Of a DNA stretch of 64,000 nt, positions 1 through 9,593 are shown piece after piece. Under the pieces are notes generated by a model. It had not been told where the DNA came from. It saw only the letters and a program-made list of their open reading frames with translations, and did not search any database. A program made the position numbers and the translations under genes. The DNA is from a virus. The stretch lies in IMG/VR virus record IMGVR_UViG_3300042897_000994, positions 32,001-96,000 of that record, one strand, 5' to 3'. Positions within the stretch are counted from its first letter, which is position 1. Each line of letters starts with the position of its first letter.

Positions 1-2
1 AT

Positions 3-764
3 ACTCAACTAGATCCTGCGTTCGTCTATTTTGGAAAAATTAGAAATTATTTCTATCACAAAGTTAATTCTATTAATGCTGGCGGAATCTTGGAATTATC
101 AGGAAGTTCTTCCTTTCAAAGCTTATATCCTCTTATTAATGAGGTGGCTATAAACAAAAGAGATAGTTTTTATATCTTCTCTTCGTCGTGGGATCCTGGA
201 TATTTTACTACAAATCTTACTAAGGCTTCTTCTGTTCTTTCGCCTGGAACTTTTTCATCCCTTGAAAAGAAATCTTTTGCTGGATCTAAATATGTAAAAG
301 TTCCACAGAACTTTTTATTAGAAGAATTTCTAGAAAATGAATATAGAGTTACTGTAACCGGTTCTCAGGTTTCTATTTATTTGGATGTCCAGGGAGCACT
401 TGTTAGATATTTCTACTCAAAAACTTCTGACCTTTTTAGAAAATACGTGAATCCTAATTTTACACTCTTTTCTGATTCTAGCGTAGAAGAATTTGCGAAA
501 TCTTATATTAGAAAAAATATACTTCCTCTCTATAAAATAGAAAATATTAACTTCTATCTAAAGGAATCTCGATCAGTAGAACCCGATAATTACCAACCTT
601 TTCAAATTTCTAACTCCGAAAAATTAGCAGAAGGTTTAAGAATTGTGAAGAATTTCACTGTGAATTTTAAAGATCCGAACCAGTTTAATCTGGATTTGAT
701 ATATATTAAAAAATCAGGCTTCTCAATTTCTGCAGGTGCAAGTTTGACTATAACAAAAAAATGA
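3..764 (+). CDS. C-terminal part of a large, probably structural (baseplate/virion) protein; truncated by the window start
   Basis: The frame of the 90..764 ORF is open back to position 3 with no stop. Ser/Thr/aromatic-rich, and directly upstream of a fibre gene. Confidence 0.6.
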   Translation, partial: TQLDPAFVYFGKIRNYFYHKVNSINAGGILELSGSSSFQSLYPLINEVAINKRDSFYIFSSSWDPGYFTTNLTKASSVLSPGTFSSLEKKSFAGSKYVKVPQNFLLEEFLENEYRVTVTGSQVSIYLDVQGALVRYFYSKTSDLFRKYVNPNFTLFSDSSVEEFAKSYIRKNILPLYKIENINFYLKESRSVEPDNYQPFQISNSEKLAEGLRIVKNFTVNFKDPNQFNLDLIYIKKSGFSISAGASLTITKK

Positions 765-767
765 TAA

Positions 768-3230
768 ATGGCTATAGTAATTAAAGAAATACTGGCTTCT
801 GACACCATTTCACAAGCTTCTGATAAAATTAATTTTAATTTTGATCAGTTTTTAATAAATGGCGGAGGTCCTCCAGGGCCACAGGGACCTTTAGGTCCTA
901 TCGGACCTGCAGGAGTCAGAGGAAGTTTATGGTTTGATGGTAGTGGTGCTCCATCTTCAATAACCGGTGAAGAGGAAGGCGATTATTATCTAGATGTAGA
1001 TAATGGCGATGTTTATTTGTATAATGGAGTAACCTGGTCATTAGAAGGAAATATTCAGGGTCCTCAGGGTCCGGTAGGGCCGCAAGGTCCGGGGAATATT
1101 CTTTTTGAAATAGATGGAACAAATCCAGATGTAAACCCAGCTAACCTTTTTTACAGATATAGATTCATTAATGCGAATTCCGATCTTTATACAAATACAG
1201 GTCTTTATGCTTCTCAGAGTTTACTAGTAGGTGGTTTCCCAATCGGTACTAATTCTGATGAAGGTATTTCTAGCTCGTGGGGAGAAGTAACTGATGTATA
1301 TTCTAATCAAATCAATCCTGCTTCTGGAGTTCTCTTCGTTCATATGCCGGTTGCTACTTCTGGAAAAAATATAATTCTTTCCAGGATATTAGGAGATGGA
1401 ATAAACACGTACAATACTGATGATATTACAGAGATGGGTAGTATCAGCGTTGACGACTATGATTCAGTTTTTATTGAATCAAATAGAATTATCAATAGTG
1501 CAGATTTATATGCCCAAAGCGTAGGACTAAAGATTGCTTCTTATGACAGTGATCTTCAGCTTTTGTCAGGAAGAAATATCAATATTTCTACACAGACTCC
1601 TACTACCCCTTATGGTAGTTCGATATTCGGTGCAGATACTGGGAATGGAATTATTACGATTACTGCTTTAGAATCAATTGCCTCGGGATATACTGGATCT
1701 GCTGTAAGATTACAGAAAGGTTCTGGATCTACTTATGGTCATGCATATATTTCGTTAGGAACAAGTAATCCCGCAGTACAACCTGCATCAGGTGATGGTT
1801 CTATCTTAATTACAAATACAACTGGAGATTCAATTACTGTAGATTCAAGTGGGGCACTATTCTTAGTTTCTACTGATGCTATGGATATTGTTTCTAGCGA
1901 TGATATAACGTTAGATGCTACCGTAGCTCTTAAACTTACTGCACCTACTATAGTTTTAGGTGATGGTGATCTGGAAACAGGTGGAAAGATTATTCTAGGA
2001 GCTGATACTCTTGGTGGTAGCTTTACTACTGGGCAATTATTTCTGGTAAGAGAAACAAGCAATTCGGTGAACACCGTAGTTGCTCAAAGTGGCTATGATT
2101 TTGTATTAAAGTCAATCAATTACACAGGAAATGTTTCAATACCAGAGGGTGCCAGATATGGTAGAATTGTAGGTCAAATTAATACGTCTACTGGTGGAGT
2201 TCTGGATAATTTGGCAGGAATATCTTTCGAAGCCGATTCTGGAGCTTCTTTCTCTGGACAAATAAATTCAAGAATAAGATTCTCTGTTTCTAGAAACACA
2301 GTTGCTGCATTTGAACAGAGGCTTGAACTAAATAAGAATGGTCACCTTAAATTTCTTTGGGATAGTTCTAAGTCTGCAGGCTCTGAAAGAGATGCTAAGA
2401 TCTTTATGCAAAGCGGAGACTCTACCGAAGGTGATGGTGCTCTATTGACTATAAAAGGTTCTGATTCTTATATGCCCGGGAGTGGTTTTAGCGCTTACAA
2501 CGGTGGGGGAATTATTATTGAAGGTGGCGATGGATATGGTGCAGGATTTACTCTGGGCAAGAAAGGTAATATCTATCTAAACCCTTGGCGGTTATCTGGT
2601 GGAAGTAGTCAAGACTCTTATGGTGTTAAAATTGGTGGAGATACTACCACCGGAATTACTGCTTCTCTTGCGATCTATCCAATGAGAAGTGGAGGCACTA
2701 CATATGCAACTGACACACACAGTGTACAGATTTACGATGGTTCGGGTGTAGAAAGATTCGGAATTAAAAATGATGGTAGTCTTTCGGTAGGTTTAAAATT
2801 CCCAGCCACTCAAGTCGCTTCTGCAGACGCTAACACTCTAGATGACTACGAAGAAGGAACATGGACTCCTAGTATGACTACGGGATCTGGATCCGTTACA
2901 TTCAACAGTACTAGCGGTACTTATACGAAAATAGGTAGAATGGTAACTGCTACTGGATATTTGCTTGTTTCAGCTAGCACAGGTAGCGGATTTTTAAGAA
3001 TAACTAACTTACCTTTCGCATGTGCAAACTCTAATTCAGCAGAAAGTGCAGCTGCACTCTATTTTGATGTGGTAAACTACGGTGGAACAGTTACCGGTCT
3101 GATAGGTCATGTAGTTGCTAACACTTCATACATCTTAGTAGAAGCGAATGATACAGGTTCGGGTACCAATGCAGGTGGAATGTTGGCTAATGGAACAACG
3201 ATTAGAGTAACAGTAACATATATAGTATAA
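768..3230 (+). CDS. tail fibre / receptor-binding protein with collagen-like repeats
   Basis: GPxGPQGP triplets flank RGSLWFDGSGAP..GDYYLD..GDVY. Gly/Ser/Thr-rich body. The C-terminal ANTLDDYEEGTWTP..GTYTKIGRMVT motif is typical of phage fibre tips. Confidence 0.75.
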   Translation: MAIVIKEILASDTISQASDKINFNFDQFLINGGGPPGPQGPLGPIGPAGVRGSLWFDGSGAPSSITGEEEGDYYLDVDNGDVYLYNGVTWSLEGNIQGPQGPVGPQGPGNILFEIDGTNPDVNPANLFYRYRFINANSDLYTNTGLYASQSLLVGGFPIGTNSDEGISSSWGEVTDVYSNQINPASGVLFVHMPVATSGKNIILSRILGDGINTYNTDDITEMGSISVDDYDSVFIESNRIINSADLYAQSVGLKIASYDSDLQLLSGRNINISTQTPTTPYGSSIFGADTGNGIITITALESIASGYTGSAVRLQKGSGSTYGHAYISLGTSNPAVQPASGDGSILITNTTGDSITVDSSGALFLVSTDAMDIVSSDDITLDATVALKLTAPTIVLGDGDLETGGKIILGADTLGGSFTTGQLFLVRETSNSVNTVVAQSGYDFVLKSINYTGNVSIPEGARYGRIVGQINTSTGGVLDNLAGISFEADSGASFSGQINSRIRFSVSRNTVAAFEQRLELNKNGHLKFLWDSSKSAGSERDAKIFMQSGDSTEGDGALLTIKGSDSYMPGSGFSAYNGGGIIIEGGDGYGAGFTLGKKGNIYLNPWRLSGGSSQDSYGVKIGGDTTTGITASLAIYPMRSGGTTYATDTHSVQIYDGSGVERFGIKNDGSLSVGLKFPATQVASADANTLDDYEEGTWTPSMTTGSGSVTFNSTSGTYTKIGRMVTATGYLLVSASTGSGFLRITNLPFACANSNSAESAAALYFDVVNYGGTVTGLIGHVVANTSYILVEANDTGSGTNAGGMLANGTTIRVTVTYIV

Positions 3231-3231
3231 G

Positions 3232-3429
3232 ATGACAAATATTGAACTAAAAGAACTAGAAGACAAAACGATAGCCTGTAAAAAGATGGTTATTGAAAAT
3301 GACGATACGATTAGCATCGAAAGATTTTGTGTTGAATACACTGAAGATGCCGAAGAGCTTAATCTTATCAAGCAGAAAGTGGGAGTTAAATCTTATCATG
3401 AAATCATTTCAATTTGGAATAAAATATGA
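3232..3429 (+). CDS. small hypothetical protein
   Basis: 65-aa ORF tightly packed between neighbours. Confidence 0.55.
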   Translation: MTNIELKELEDKTIACKKMVIENDDTISIERFCVEYTEDAEELNLIKQKVGVKSYHEIISIWNKI

Positions 3430-3662
3430 CACAACAAGAAAGAGAACAAGTAATGAGCATTGTCTATGAATATGGATTAGCTTTCAACAAACTTGAAGCT
3501 GCACAAAAACAGATGAAAATGCTTAGTGAAAACGTAACTAACATAGAAGGTGAAATAAATGAAATCAGAAAAAGGGAGCAAGACCTTATTTCTAATTTAA
3601 GAGAAACCTACGGTGAAGATGTAATTACAGCTGATTATCTTTTCAATGAAATAAAAAAATAA
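3426..3662 (+). CDS. small coiled-coil protein
   Basis: 78 aa, heptad pattern, ATGA overlap with the upstream ORF. Confidence 0.6.
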   Translation: MTQQEREQVMSIVYEYGLAFNKLEAAQKQMKMLSENVTNIEGEINEIRKREQDLISNLRETYGEDVITADYLFNEIKK

Positions 3663-3668
3663 AAGCGG

Positions 3669-5051
3669 ATGGCTTTCGATTTATCAAAATATGTTCAACT
3701 GTATGATGGAGTACTTTTAGAGTACATCTACACGAATCATTCGTCTCCAGAGACTTTTAACACTCTGGATCTACCTATTGAGTTGATGCGGGATAGTTAT
3801 ACGGGTGGTACATATCTTTTTAATCCTCCTGCATATCAAAGTCAAACTGGAAATGTAAGAGGAAATAGCTCTGCTGCAATCAATTCAACAAAAACAAGAT
3901 TTGCTTCTCTTATTACAAACCGAAGCATATCATACAACGATGTTGATTCAAATTTAACACCAAGCGCTAATCTTCTTCAAACTTTTTCTCCTAATATTGA
4001 TGTTGAATATGACACAATTAGACTTCATTTCGCATCAGGCTTAGATTTTAGAGGATTTGATGGTTTTGTTATAGCTCTTACAGTACAGAGAAGAGATGGC
4101 TTGGATTTAAACTTAGCTAATATTAATTTTCTAAAAAGCGATACTGCTACATTCAATCCTAATCCCTTTTTGTTAGGTGAGAGAGTATATGCATCTTACT
4201 TAGAGTTTAAAATTCCTTCAGCTTATTATATGCTGGAGAATTTTTATTCAAATCCAAGCAGTACAAACACTCTAGGGTATAAATTTACAGAAGCGAAGGG
4301 GTTTATAAAGACTACTACCATTGATGCAACAATTAATGGAATTTCTTCAACATACACCAAAGACGGATTTCCGGCATATGAAACTCAAGTTCTTAGTAGA
4401 AGCACAATTTCTACTACTGATGAATTTAATTTATTAGCTGCAACTATCGAAGAATCAACTCTGGGTGATTTTTTCGAAATGTACGGAGAGTACAACGGAG
4501 TTATTTATGAAGATTTTATGGCAAGCCTAAACTCTCAACCTAATTCTAGCTGGATAGTATTTCATAGTGTAGTTACTCAAGAACAGATAGGTACTTCTTT
4601 TGTAGAAACTGCAGAACAGACTTTTACTCAATTAGATAATTTTGATGTTCCTATCAGATTTAGACCTATCATATTGAACTCTGCTGTTGCTGTATCTTTT
4701 GCTCTTGATTATACGATGAGGATTTATAATAGAGCGAATGGAACTCAAATTATTAGAAAATCGAGAATAATTTCTACAGATGTCGGAACTTATGGAAGAA
4801 GACTTAGAAGAATTAATCTGGGTACAGTTCCTACGGTGGTAAAAGTTTATAATGAACTGCCTAGAGATAATGGAGAAAATATCATCATAAATGATGTAAT
4901 AAATGTACAGAGAAGTATCACACAGGGTACAAGTCCAGTTGCAAATACACCTGTTCAAACTCAAATAGTTCCAGTAACAGTATTTAGAGATAAAGGAGCA
5001 GTTACTGCTAAAATATCTCCAGTTAAAGTAGAAGTTCGTAATGGCAATTGA
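3669..5051 (+). CDS. putative virion structural protein
   Basis: 460 aa, beta-rich composition, in a structural gene run; no family recognised. Confidence 0.5.
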   Translation: MAFDLSKYVQLYDGVLLEYIYTNHSSPETFNTLDLPIELMRDSYTGGTYLFNPPAYQSQTGNVRGNSSAAINSTKTRFASLITNRSISYNDVDSNLTPSANLLQTFSPNIDVEYDTIRLHFASGLDFRGFDGFVIALTVQRRDGLDLNLANINFLKSDTATFNPNPFLLGERVYASYLEFKIPSAYYMLENFYSNPSSTNTLGYKFTEAKGFIKTTTIDATINGISSTYTKDGFPAYETQVLSRSTISTTDEFNLLAATIEESTLGDFFEMYGEYNGVIYEDFMASLNSQPNSSWIVFHSVVTQEQIGTSFVETAEQTFTQLDNFDVPIRFRPIILNSAVAVSFALDYTMRIYNRANGTQIIRKSRIISTDVGTYGRRLRRINLGTVPTVVKVYNELPRDNGENIIINDVINVQRSITQGTSPVANTPVQTQIVPVTVFRDKGAVTAKISPVKVEVRNGN

Positions 5052-6243
5052 TACTAACATACCGCAAATTAAAACTCCGATTAATTACATTTACACCGCA
5101 AGAAATCTTGCGATAAATGATATTTCTTATTCGGATGGTGATGGAACTCTAACAGTACCTCGGTTTGACAGTTATGTTATGTTTGATTTCGATCAAACTG
5201 ATTTAAATGGTCAAAAATTTGAAGTTGATTTTTCAGGAATGGGGGATGCTTATCTCTGCTTTGTCGATAATAATATCGAAGTAAAGATAAAAAATCTGAA
5301 TAATATTGAGAATATCAATAAGGGATTAGGTCAAGTAGTTTTTAAAATATCGTCTGATGATTCGAGAAAAATATATGGAATGCAGACTAGATATTTCTTT
5401 GTTACTACGAAGATCACTCAATTAAATTCAGTTACTGAAGAAACTGTAGTATATTCAGGCATCTGGCAAAAATCAGGTGAAGGAGAAAGAATTACATTCG
5501 AAAATCTAATAGCTACAAAAAATGCAGAATATAATAACTTGAATGAGACTTATAAATCTGCATATGAATCTTCTGAAAAACAACAGAACATATTAAACAA
5601 TTCTGCTTCGATTCTAGAAGAAGAAAAGAATAAAACTAAGATTTTAACTGATTCAATCGCGAGAGTTCAAGGGGAAATTGAAAAATCTCGCAAAATTGTA
5701 GTAACTACTGGATCAACTACAGGTTCAAATACAGGAACTCCGGGGGGAACTCCAGATCCTAATGCAGTAACTGCTACTGTACAAGGAGTTACTAACGATG
5801 AAGAAAAAGTAGTAGTAATTGATCACACTTTTTTTGGTGACAATGGAACTACATCTAGAAAGCTTGCAAAGCTTAAATTTACGTCGAGTATGAATACTTT
5901 GTTTGCTTTAATCGATAATAGTATTTTAATTCCGAAACCAAGTTTAGATACGAGTATTAAAATTACATCTAGCCAGTATAACAAATATCTTTCTACTTCA
6001 AAACAAACTTCAAAGCTAATGAAATATTATTCAGTAGAATTTACAGATTCAACTTTGAAAGTTACGATAATGAAGAAGTACAAAACTGATTTTCTTCACT
6101 TTGCGGGAATTGAATATCTGACTGCAAATATTGAAGATATTGGTGGCAGCAAGCAAATTAAATGTTCATTAAAAGAAGCATTGGATAATATAGATGAAAT
6201 TCTAACAGATTCCGGTCAAGGTAAGATAAAAATTAACGTATGA
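5041..6243 (+). CDS. putative structural protein (beta domain plus coiled coil); paralog of 6240..6839
   Basis: AYLCFVD..GQVVFKI..DSRKI..TRYF..EETVVYSGIW aligns by eye with the next ORF. Confidence 0.55.
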   Translation: MAIDTNIPQIKTPINYIYTARNLAINDISYSDGDGTLTVPRFDSYVMFDFDQTDLNGQKFEVDFSGMGDAYLCFVDNNIEVKIKNLNNIENINKGLGQVVFKISSDDSRKIYGMQTRYFFVTTKITQLNSVTEETVVYSGIWQKSGEGERITFENLIATKNAEYNNLNETYKSAYESSEKQQNILNNSASILEEEKNKTKILTDSIARVQGEIEKSRKIVVTTGSTTGSNTGTPGGTPDPNAVTATVQGVTNDEEKVVVIDHTFFGDNGTTSRKLAKLKFTSSMNTLFALIDNSILIPKPSLDTSIKITSSQYNKYLSTSKQTSKLMKYYSVEFTDSTLKVTIMKKYKTDFLHFAGIEYLTANIEDIGGSKQIKCSLKEALDNIDEILTDSGQGKIKINV

Positions 6244-6839
6244 TTTTAGCTATTTCTCCATTTTCTAATTTCTTTACTTTCACTATACAGAAAAGTGACG
6301 GTGGGACTCTGTCTTCTATTAATCTAGAAAATATTAAGCAAGCTTATCTTGTTTTTGAAGATGGGCAAAATATAGTAAAGGTCGAGTCATTAATTTTGAA
6401 GAGTAGAGAAGGTTTAAACGAAGGAGTTGTAAGTTTTTTAATTGAACAGACAGATGCTCGTAGAATTAGAAAATTCAATACTAGAAATTACGTCTTAACG
6501 ATTTTAGAACAGAGAATAGATGGAGTATTAGATGAATCTCCCATCTATGAAAACTCTTGGATTCTTTATGAAAAGAAGGCAGAAAACTCATACATCGCTA
6601 AAAATATAAAACTCACTACTCAAATAAACGAATTAACGGTGAAGTTGAATGCCTTGAATACAAATATTGAACAGCTTAAGAATGAAAATTCCTCGATACA
6701 ATCAGAAACTCTGACTGTAAGAGAAAAAAATTCTGGGTTACAAGCTACTTTAAATCAGAGAGAATCTGAGCTAGCGAAACTCTTAGCTTCACCAAATAAT
6801 AAGGGAGCTAATGCTTCTACTAATGCATCAATAAATTAA
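6240..6839 (+). CDS. putative structural protein (beta domain plus coiled coil); paralog of 5041..6243
   Basis: AYLVFED..GVVSFLI..DARRI..TRNY..DESPIYENSW followed by a long coiled coil. Confidence 0.55.
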   Translation: MILAISPFSNFFTFTIQKSDGGTLSSINLENIKQAYLVFEDGQNIVKVESLILKSREGLNEGVVSFLIEQTDARRIRKFNTRNYVLTILEQRIDGVLDESPIYENSWILYEKKAENSYIAKNIKLTTQINELTVKLNALNTNIEQLKNENSSIQSETLTVREKNSGLQATLNQRESELAKLLASPNNKGANASTNASIN

Positions 6840-6844
6840 TAGAA

Positions 6845-7399
6845 ATGATACAGTCAGCTAGAAGTAATCAGTTTAGATTTAATTTTCCAAGAACTTTTGT
6901 TCCGCGGGTTATAGTAGATAAATACAAACCATATTTGCAAAGAATCCCGGGAAATATTGTCTATGAGCCGATCGATTTTATTAATTATTCAATACAGAGT
7001 CTAAGCTTTGTAGGATCTTCCTATGATTCAGTAGAACAAATTGATAATCCGGGAGTTAAAAGACAGTACAGAGGTAGTTTACCTACTGCTGAACTATACG
7101 GAAAAGAAATAACAGTGACATTTCAGTTGTTTGATGGTTTTTTTAATTACTGGATGATGACAGATATCTTTACTTATTACTATAATTTAGGTGGTCAGAC
7201 TCCTTATACACCAGAAGGAACTAGAGTACAATTTTTAGACTCCGAAGGAAATATTATGGTTACTGCAGGATTAGAAAGAGTTTTGTTTTCGAGCATTGCA
7301 GACTTGGAGCTGAATTTTTCTTCTAACACTGCAGAGTTTGTAACATTTGATTGCACATTCATCTATAATAAGCTAGACATTAAGCTTGAACTTCAGTAA
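6845..7399 (+). CDS. tail-tube-fold protein (T4 gp3/gp19-like)
   Basis: 184 aa. The RSNQFRFNF..IQSLSF..ITVTFQL..L.F....EFVTFDCTFIY pattern resembles tube and tail-completion proteins. Confidence 0.5.
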   Translation: MIQSARSNQFRFNFPRTFVPRVIVDKYKPYLQRIPGNIVYEPIDFINYSIQSLSFVGSSYDSVEQIDNPGVKRQYRGSLPTAELYGKEITVTFQLFDGFFNYWMMTDIFTYYYNLGGQTPYTPEGTRVQFLDSEGNIMVTAGLERVLFSSIADLELNFSSNTAEFVTFDCTFIYNKLDIKLELQ

Positions 7400-7422
7400 T
7401 ATATAAAACAAATCAATCTCTT

Positions 7423-7779
7423 ATGAGAACATTTAGCGAATACATCAACGAATCTAACGAAAAAGAATTTAAACTTTTCGAATCTTCGATACATGAAGAA
7501 CTTACTCCTGAACAAGAAGCAAAGATTAACGAAGCTCTTGAGAAATTTATGGAGAAATATGAAGAAGGATATACTTTAGAAGAGCTTTCAGAAGAAATGA
7601 CTAACGAAGGAATCATCGGTTCTATTCTCGGTGGTTTAACTGGATTTGCTCTAGGTAGCACGGTTGGAAAAATGATAGCTAAAATTTTAGGAGTTGAAAA
7701 AGGTATTTTTTACGACATGTTAACCAGTAGACTTGTAGGAGCAGCTCTTGGAGCTTCTTTGGGCAAGCGAATTATATGA
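7423..7779 (+). CDS. putative internal virion protein: capsid-targeting-like N-terminus, glycine-zipper C-terminus
   Basis: Starts MRTFSEYINE. Ends with GIIGSILGGLTGFALG..LVGAALGASLG. Late motif at 7399. Confidence 0.6.
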   Translation: MRTFSEYINESNEKEFKLFESSIHEELTPEQEAKINEALEKFMEKYEEGYTLEELSEEMTNEGIIGSILGGLTGFALGSTVGKMIAKILGVEKGIFYDMLTSRLVGAALGASLGKRII

Positions 7780-8399
7780 GATACGTAGGTATAGATTTTT
7801 CAATTAATAGTCCAGCAATCTGCATTTTAGAAAAAGATGCATATCACTTTGTAGGATTTTACAACGAAGAGGGAAAAAAGTTCGAAAAGAAAGACCCCTC
7901 TGATTATTCATATCACAGAAAGCTTCTTTCTCTCAAAGATGTAGATATCATACATTTCAGCAGAAGAAAAAAGAATGAAAATTATTCTGTCGATCAAAGA
8001 CAAAAAATCGAAGACAGTCACACTTTAGGGAAGCTAATAGCTGAGAATATTGGTTCCGAAAAAAATAAAGTAGGAATCGAAGGTTATAGCTATGGTTCGA
8101 AGGGAAATAGTTTTATAGATCTTATCTCTTTCAATTCTGTAATGAGACATGTATTGTACACGGATACGGATTCAGAGATTTTTGTTAGAACACCTAGTCA
8201 AGTTAAAGGATTAGCTGGAAAAGGAAATGCAAATAAGTCAATGATGTACGAATACTTTTGTCAGAATACAACGAAGGATCCGAATCTAGAAAAGTCTTCT
8301 TTTTGGAAATGGTGTATTGAACAGAAGTTCGTCGGAGAGATTCCGAAACCTATAGATGATCTGATAGACTCTTATTTTATCTCTAGATCTGTTCAGTAG
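7776..8399 (+). CDS. RuvC-like Holliday junction resolvase
   Basis: RNase H-fold catalytic motifs VGIDFS, IEGYSYGS, PSQVK..AGKGNANK, DDLIDS. Confidence 0.8.
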   Translation: MRYVGIDFSINSPAICILEKDAYHFVGFYNEEGKKFEKKDPSDYSYHRKLLSLKDVDIIHFSRRKKNENYSVDQRQKIEDSHTLGKLIAENIGSEKNKVGIEGYSYGSKGNSFIDLISFNSVMRHVLYTDTDSEIFVRTPSQVKGLAGKGNANKSMMYEYFCQNTTKDPNLEKSSFWKWCIEQKFVGEIPKPIDDLIDSYFISRSVQ

Positions 8400-8447
8400 A
8401 GCTCTGTAGCTCTTAGAGTCTTTCCTTCCCAAAACTTCAGATAAATT

Positions 8448-8473
8448 TTATAGTATGCGATCTGAGAAAGTTT
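8448..8473 (-). promoter_or_regulatory. AAAC-N17-TATAA promoter on the minus strand (antisense/divergent)
   Basis: The reverse complement reads AAAC tttctcagatcgcatac TATAA, the same 17-nt spacing as the plus-strand copies. Confidence 0.5.
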
Positions 8474-8510
8474 ACTGATCTCGTAAAAAAAATTTATTCC
8501 CAGAAAAAAT

Positions 8511-8536
8511 AAACTTTTCATCGTTTCCGGATATAT
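8511..8536 (+). promoter_or_regulatory. AAAC-N17-TATA promoter upstream of the SSB gene
   Basis: AAAC 8511-8514, 17 nt, TATAT 8532-8536 (also GATATATA). Confidence 0.55.
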
Positions 8537-8557
8537 ATTATGTAAGGTTTTTTTAAG

Positions 8558-8677
8558 GGCAACTTTTATTTTTTATGGCAATTCGCGGCAAGTCTAAAAT
8601 TTTTTAGGAGCTTTTTTAAACTTCTTACGGCAAATCTTTATTAATTAAACAACAAAAAAGGCAAATTAAAATGGCAA
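8558..8677 (+). repeat. six GGCAA pentamers in the SSB leader and start
   Basis: GGCAA at 8558, 8577, 8587, 8629, 8660 and 8673 in an otherwise A/T-rich stretch. Confidence 0.7.
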
Positions 8678-9591
8678 ATGAATTCGACATTTTCAATCTA
8701 GGGGTCAATGACATTGACACCTACACAAGAGAAGCTTCCGGCGGAAGTGATCTCTTCAAACCCACAGCAGATCAAGGTAAAGACGGAGTCTACAAAGCAT
8801 TAGTTAGATTCGTACCTAATCCAAAGAATCCCCAAAAATCAATTATTAGAAAATTTGTTTATTGGCTGGAAGATGGTGCAGGTAACGGAGGTTACTATGA
8901 TTCACCTTCTACAGTAGGAGAAAAATGTCCTGTACAGGATCTTTTCTTTAAACTGAGAAATTCTGAATCGGCAGTAGACAAAAAGATGTCTGAAAAACTG
9001 AAAAGAAGAGAAATTTTCTATTCTTTAATTCAGATTATCAAAGACTCAAACAGTCCTGATCAAGAGGGTTCTATTAAAATTTTCAAGTACGGTTACAAAA
9101 TTAAAGAAAAAATTGATGCCGAGTTGAATCCAGAGTTTGATGAACCTACACAGGTTTTTGATTTATTCGAAGGTAAAAACTTTGAAATGATCATCACCAA
9201 ACAAGCTGGTTACAACAACTACGACTCATCAAAATTTCAAGGAAAAAGAACTCCAATTTTGGTAAACGGAAAAGCAGTTGAAAAAGATGCAGAAGGTAGA
9301 AAGCAAATTTTAGAATATCTAAATTCTTCTCCTTCTCTAGATTCTTTTGACTACAAACCTTGGGATGATGCAACTCGATCTAAAATTGAAGATATTTTGA
9401 ATCAATATAGATCTCCAGGTTCAGCAATATCCACGGTCTCTTCCAAGAAGAGCCAAACTTCTGAATCCGCATCATTTGATAGTTTTGGTTTTGATGAACC
9501 TAAAGCTTCGGCACCTGCAACTTCAACTTCATCGGCATCTGAAGAAGATTCGGATGATCTAGATGAATTCTTGAAGGGTCTTGACATCTAA
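8671..9591 (+). CDS. gp32: single-stranded DNA-binding protein (T4 gp32-like)
   Basis: G.YKALVRFVP, SPSTVGEKCPV, IFKYGYKIKEKI, VFDLFEGKNF, YNNYDSSKF; acidic tail DDLDEFLKGL. Confidence 0.9.
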   Translation: MANEFDIFNLGVNDIDTYTREASGGSDLFKPTADQGKDGVYKALVRFVPNPKNPQKSIIRKFVYWLEDGAGNGGYYDSPSTVGEKCPVQDLFFKLRNSESAVDKKMSEKLKRREIFYSLIQIIKDSNSPDQEGSIKIFKYGYKIKEKIDAELNPEFDEPTQVFDLFEGKNFEMIITKQAGYNNYDSSKFQGKRTPILVNGKAVEKDAEGRKQILEYLNSSPSLDSFDYKPWDDATRSKIEDILNQYRSPGSAISTVSSKKSQTSESASFDSFGFDEPKASAPATSTSSASEEDSDDLDEFLKGLDI

Positions 9592-9593
9592 AA

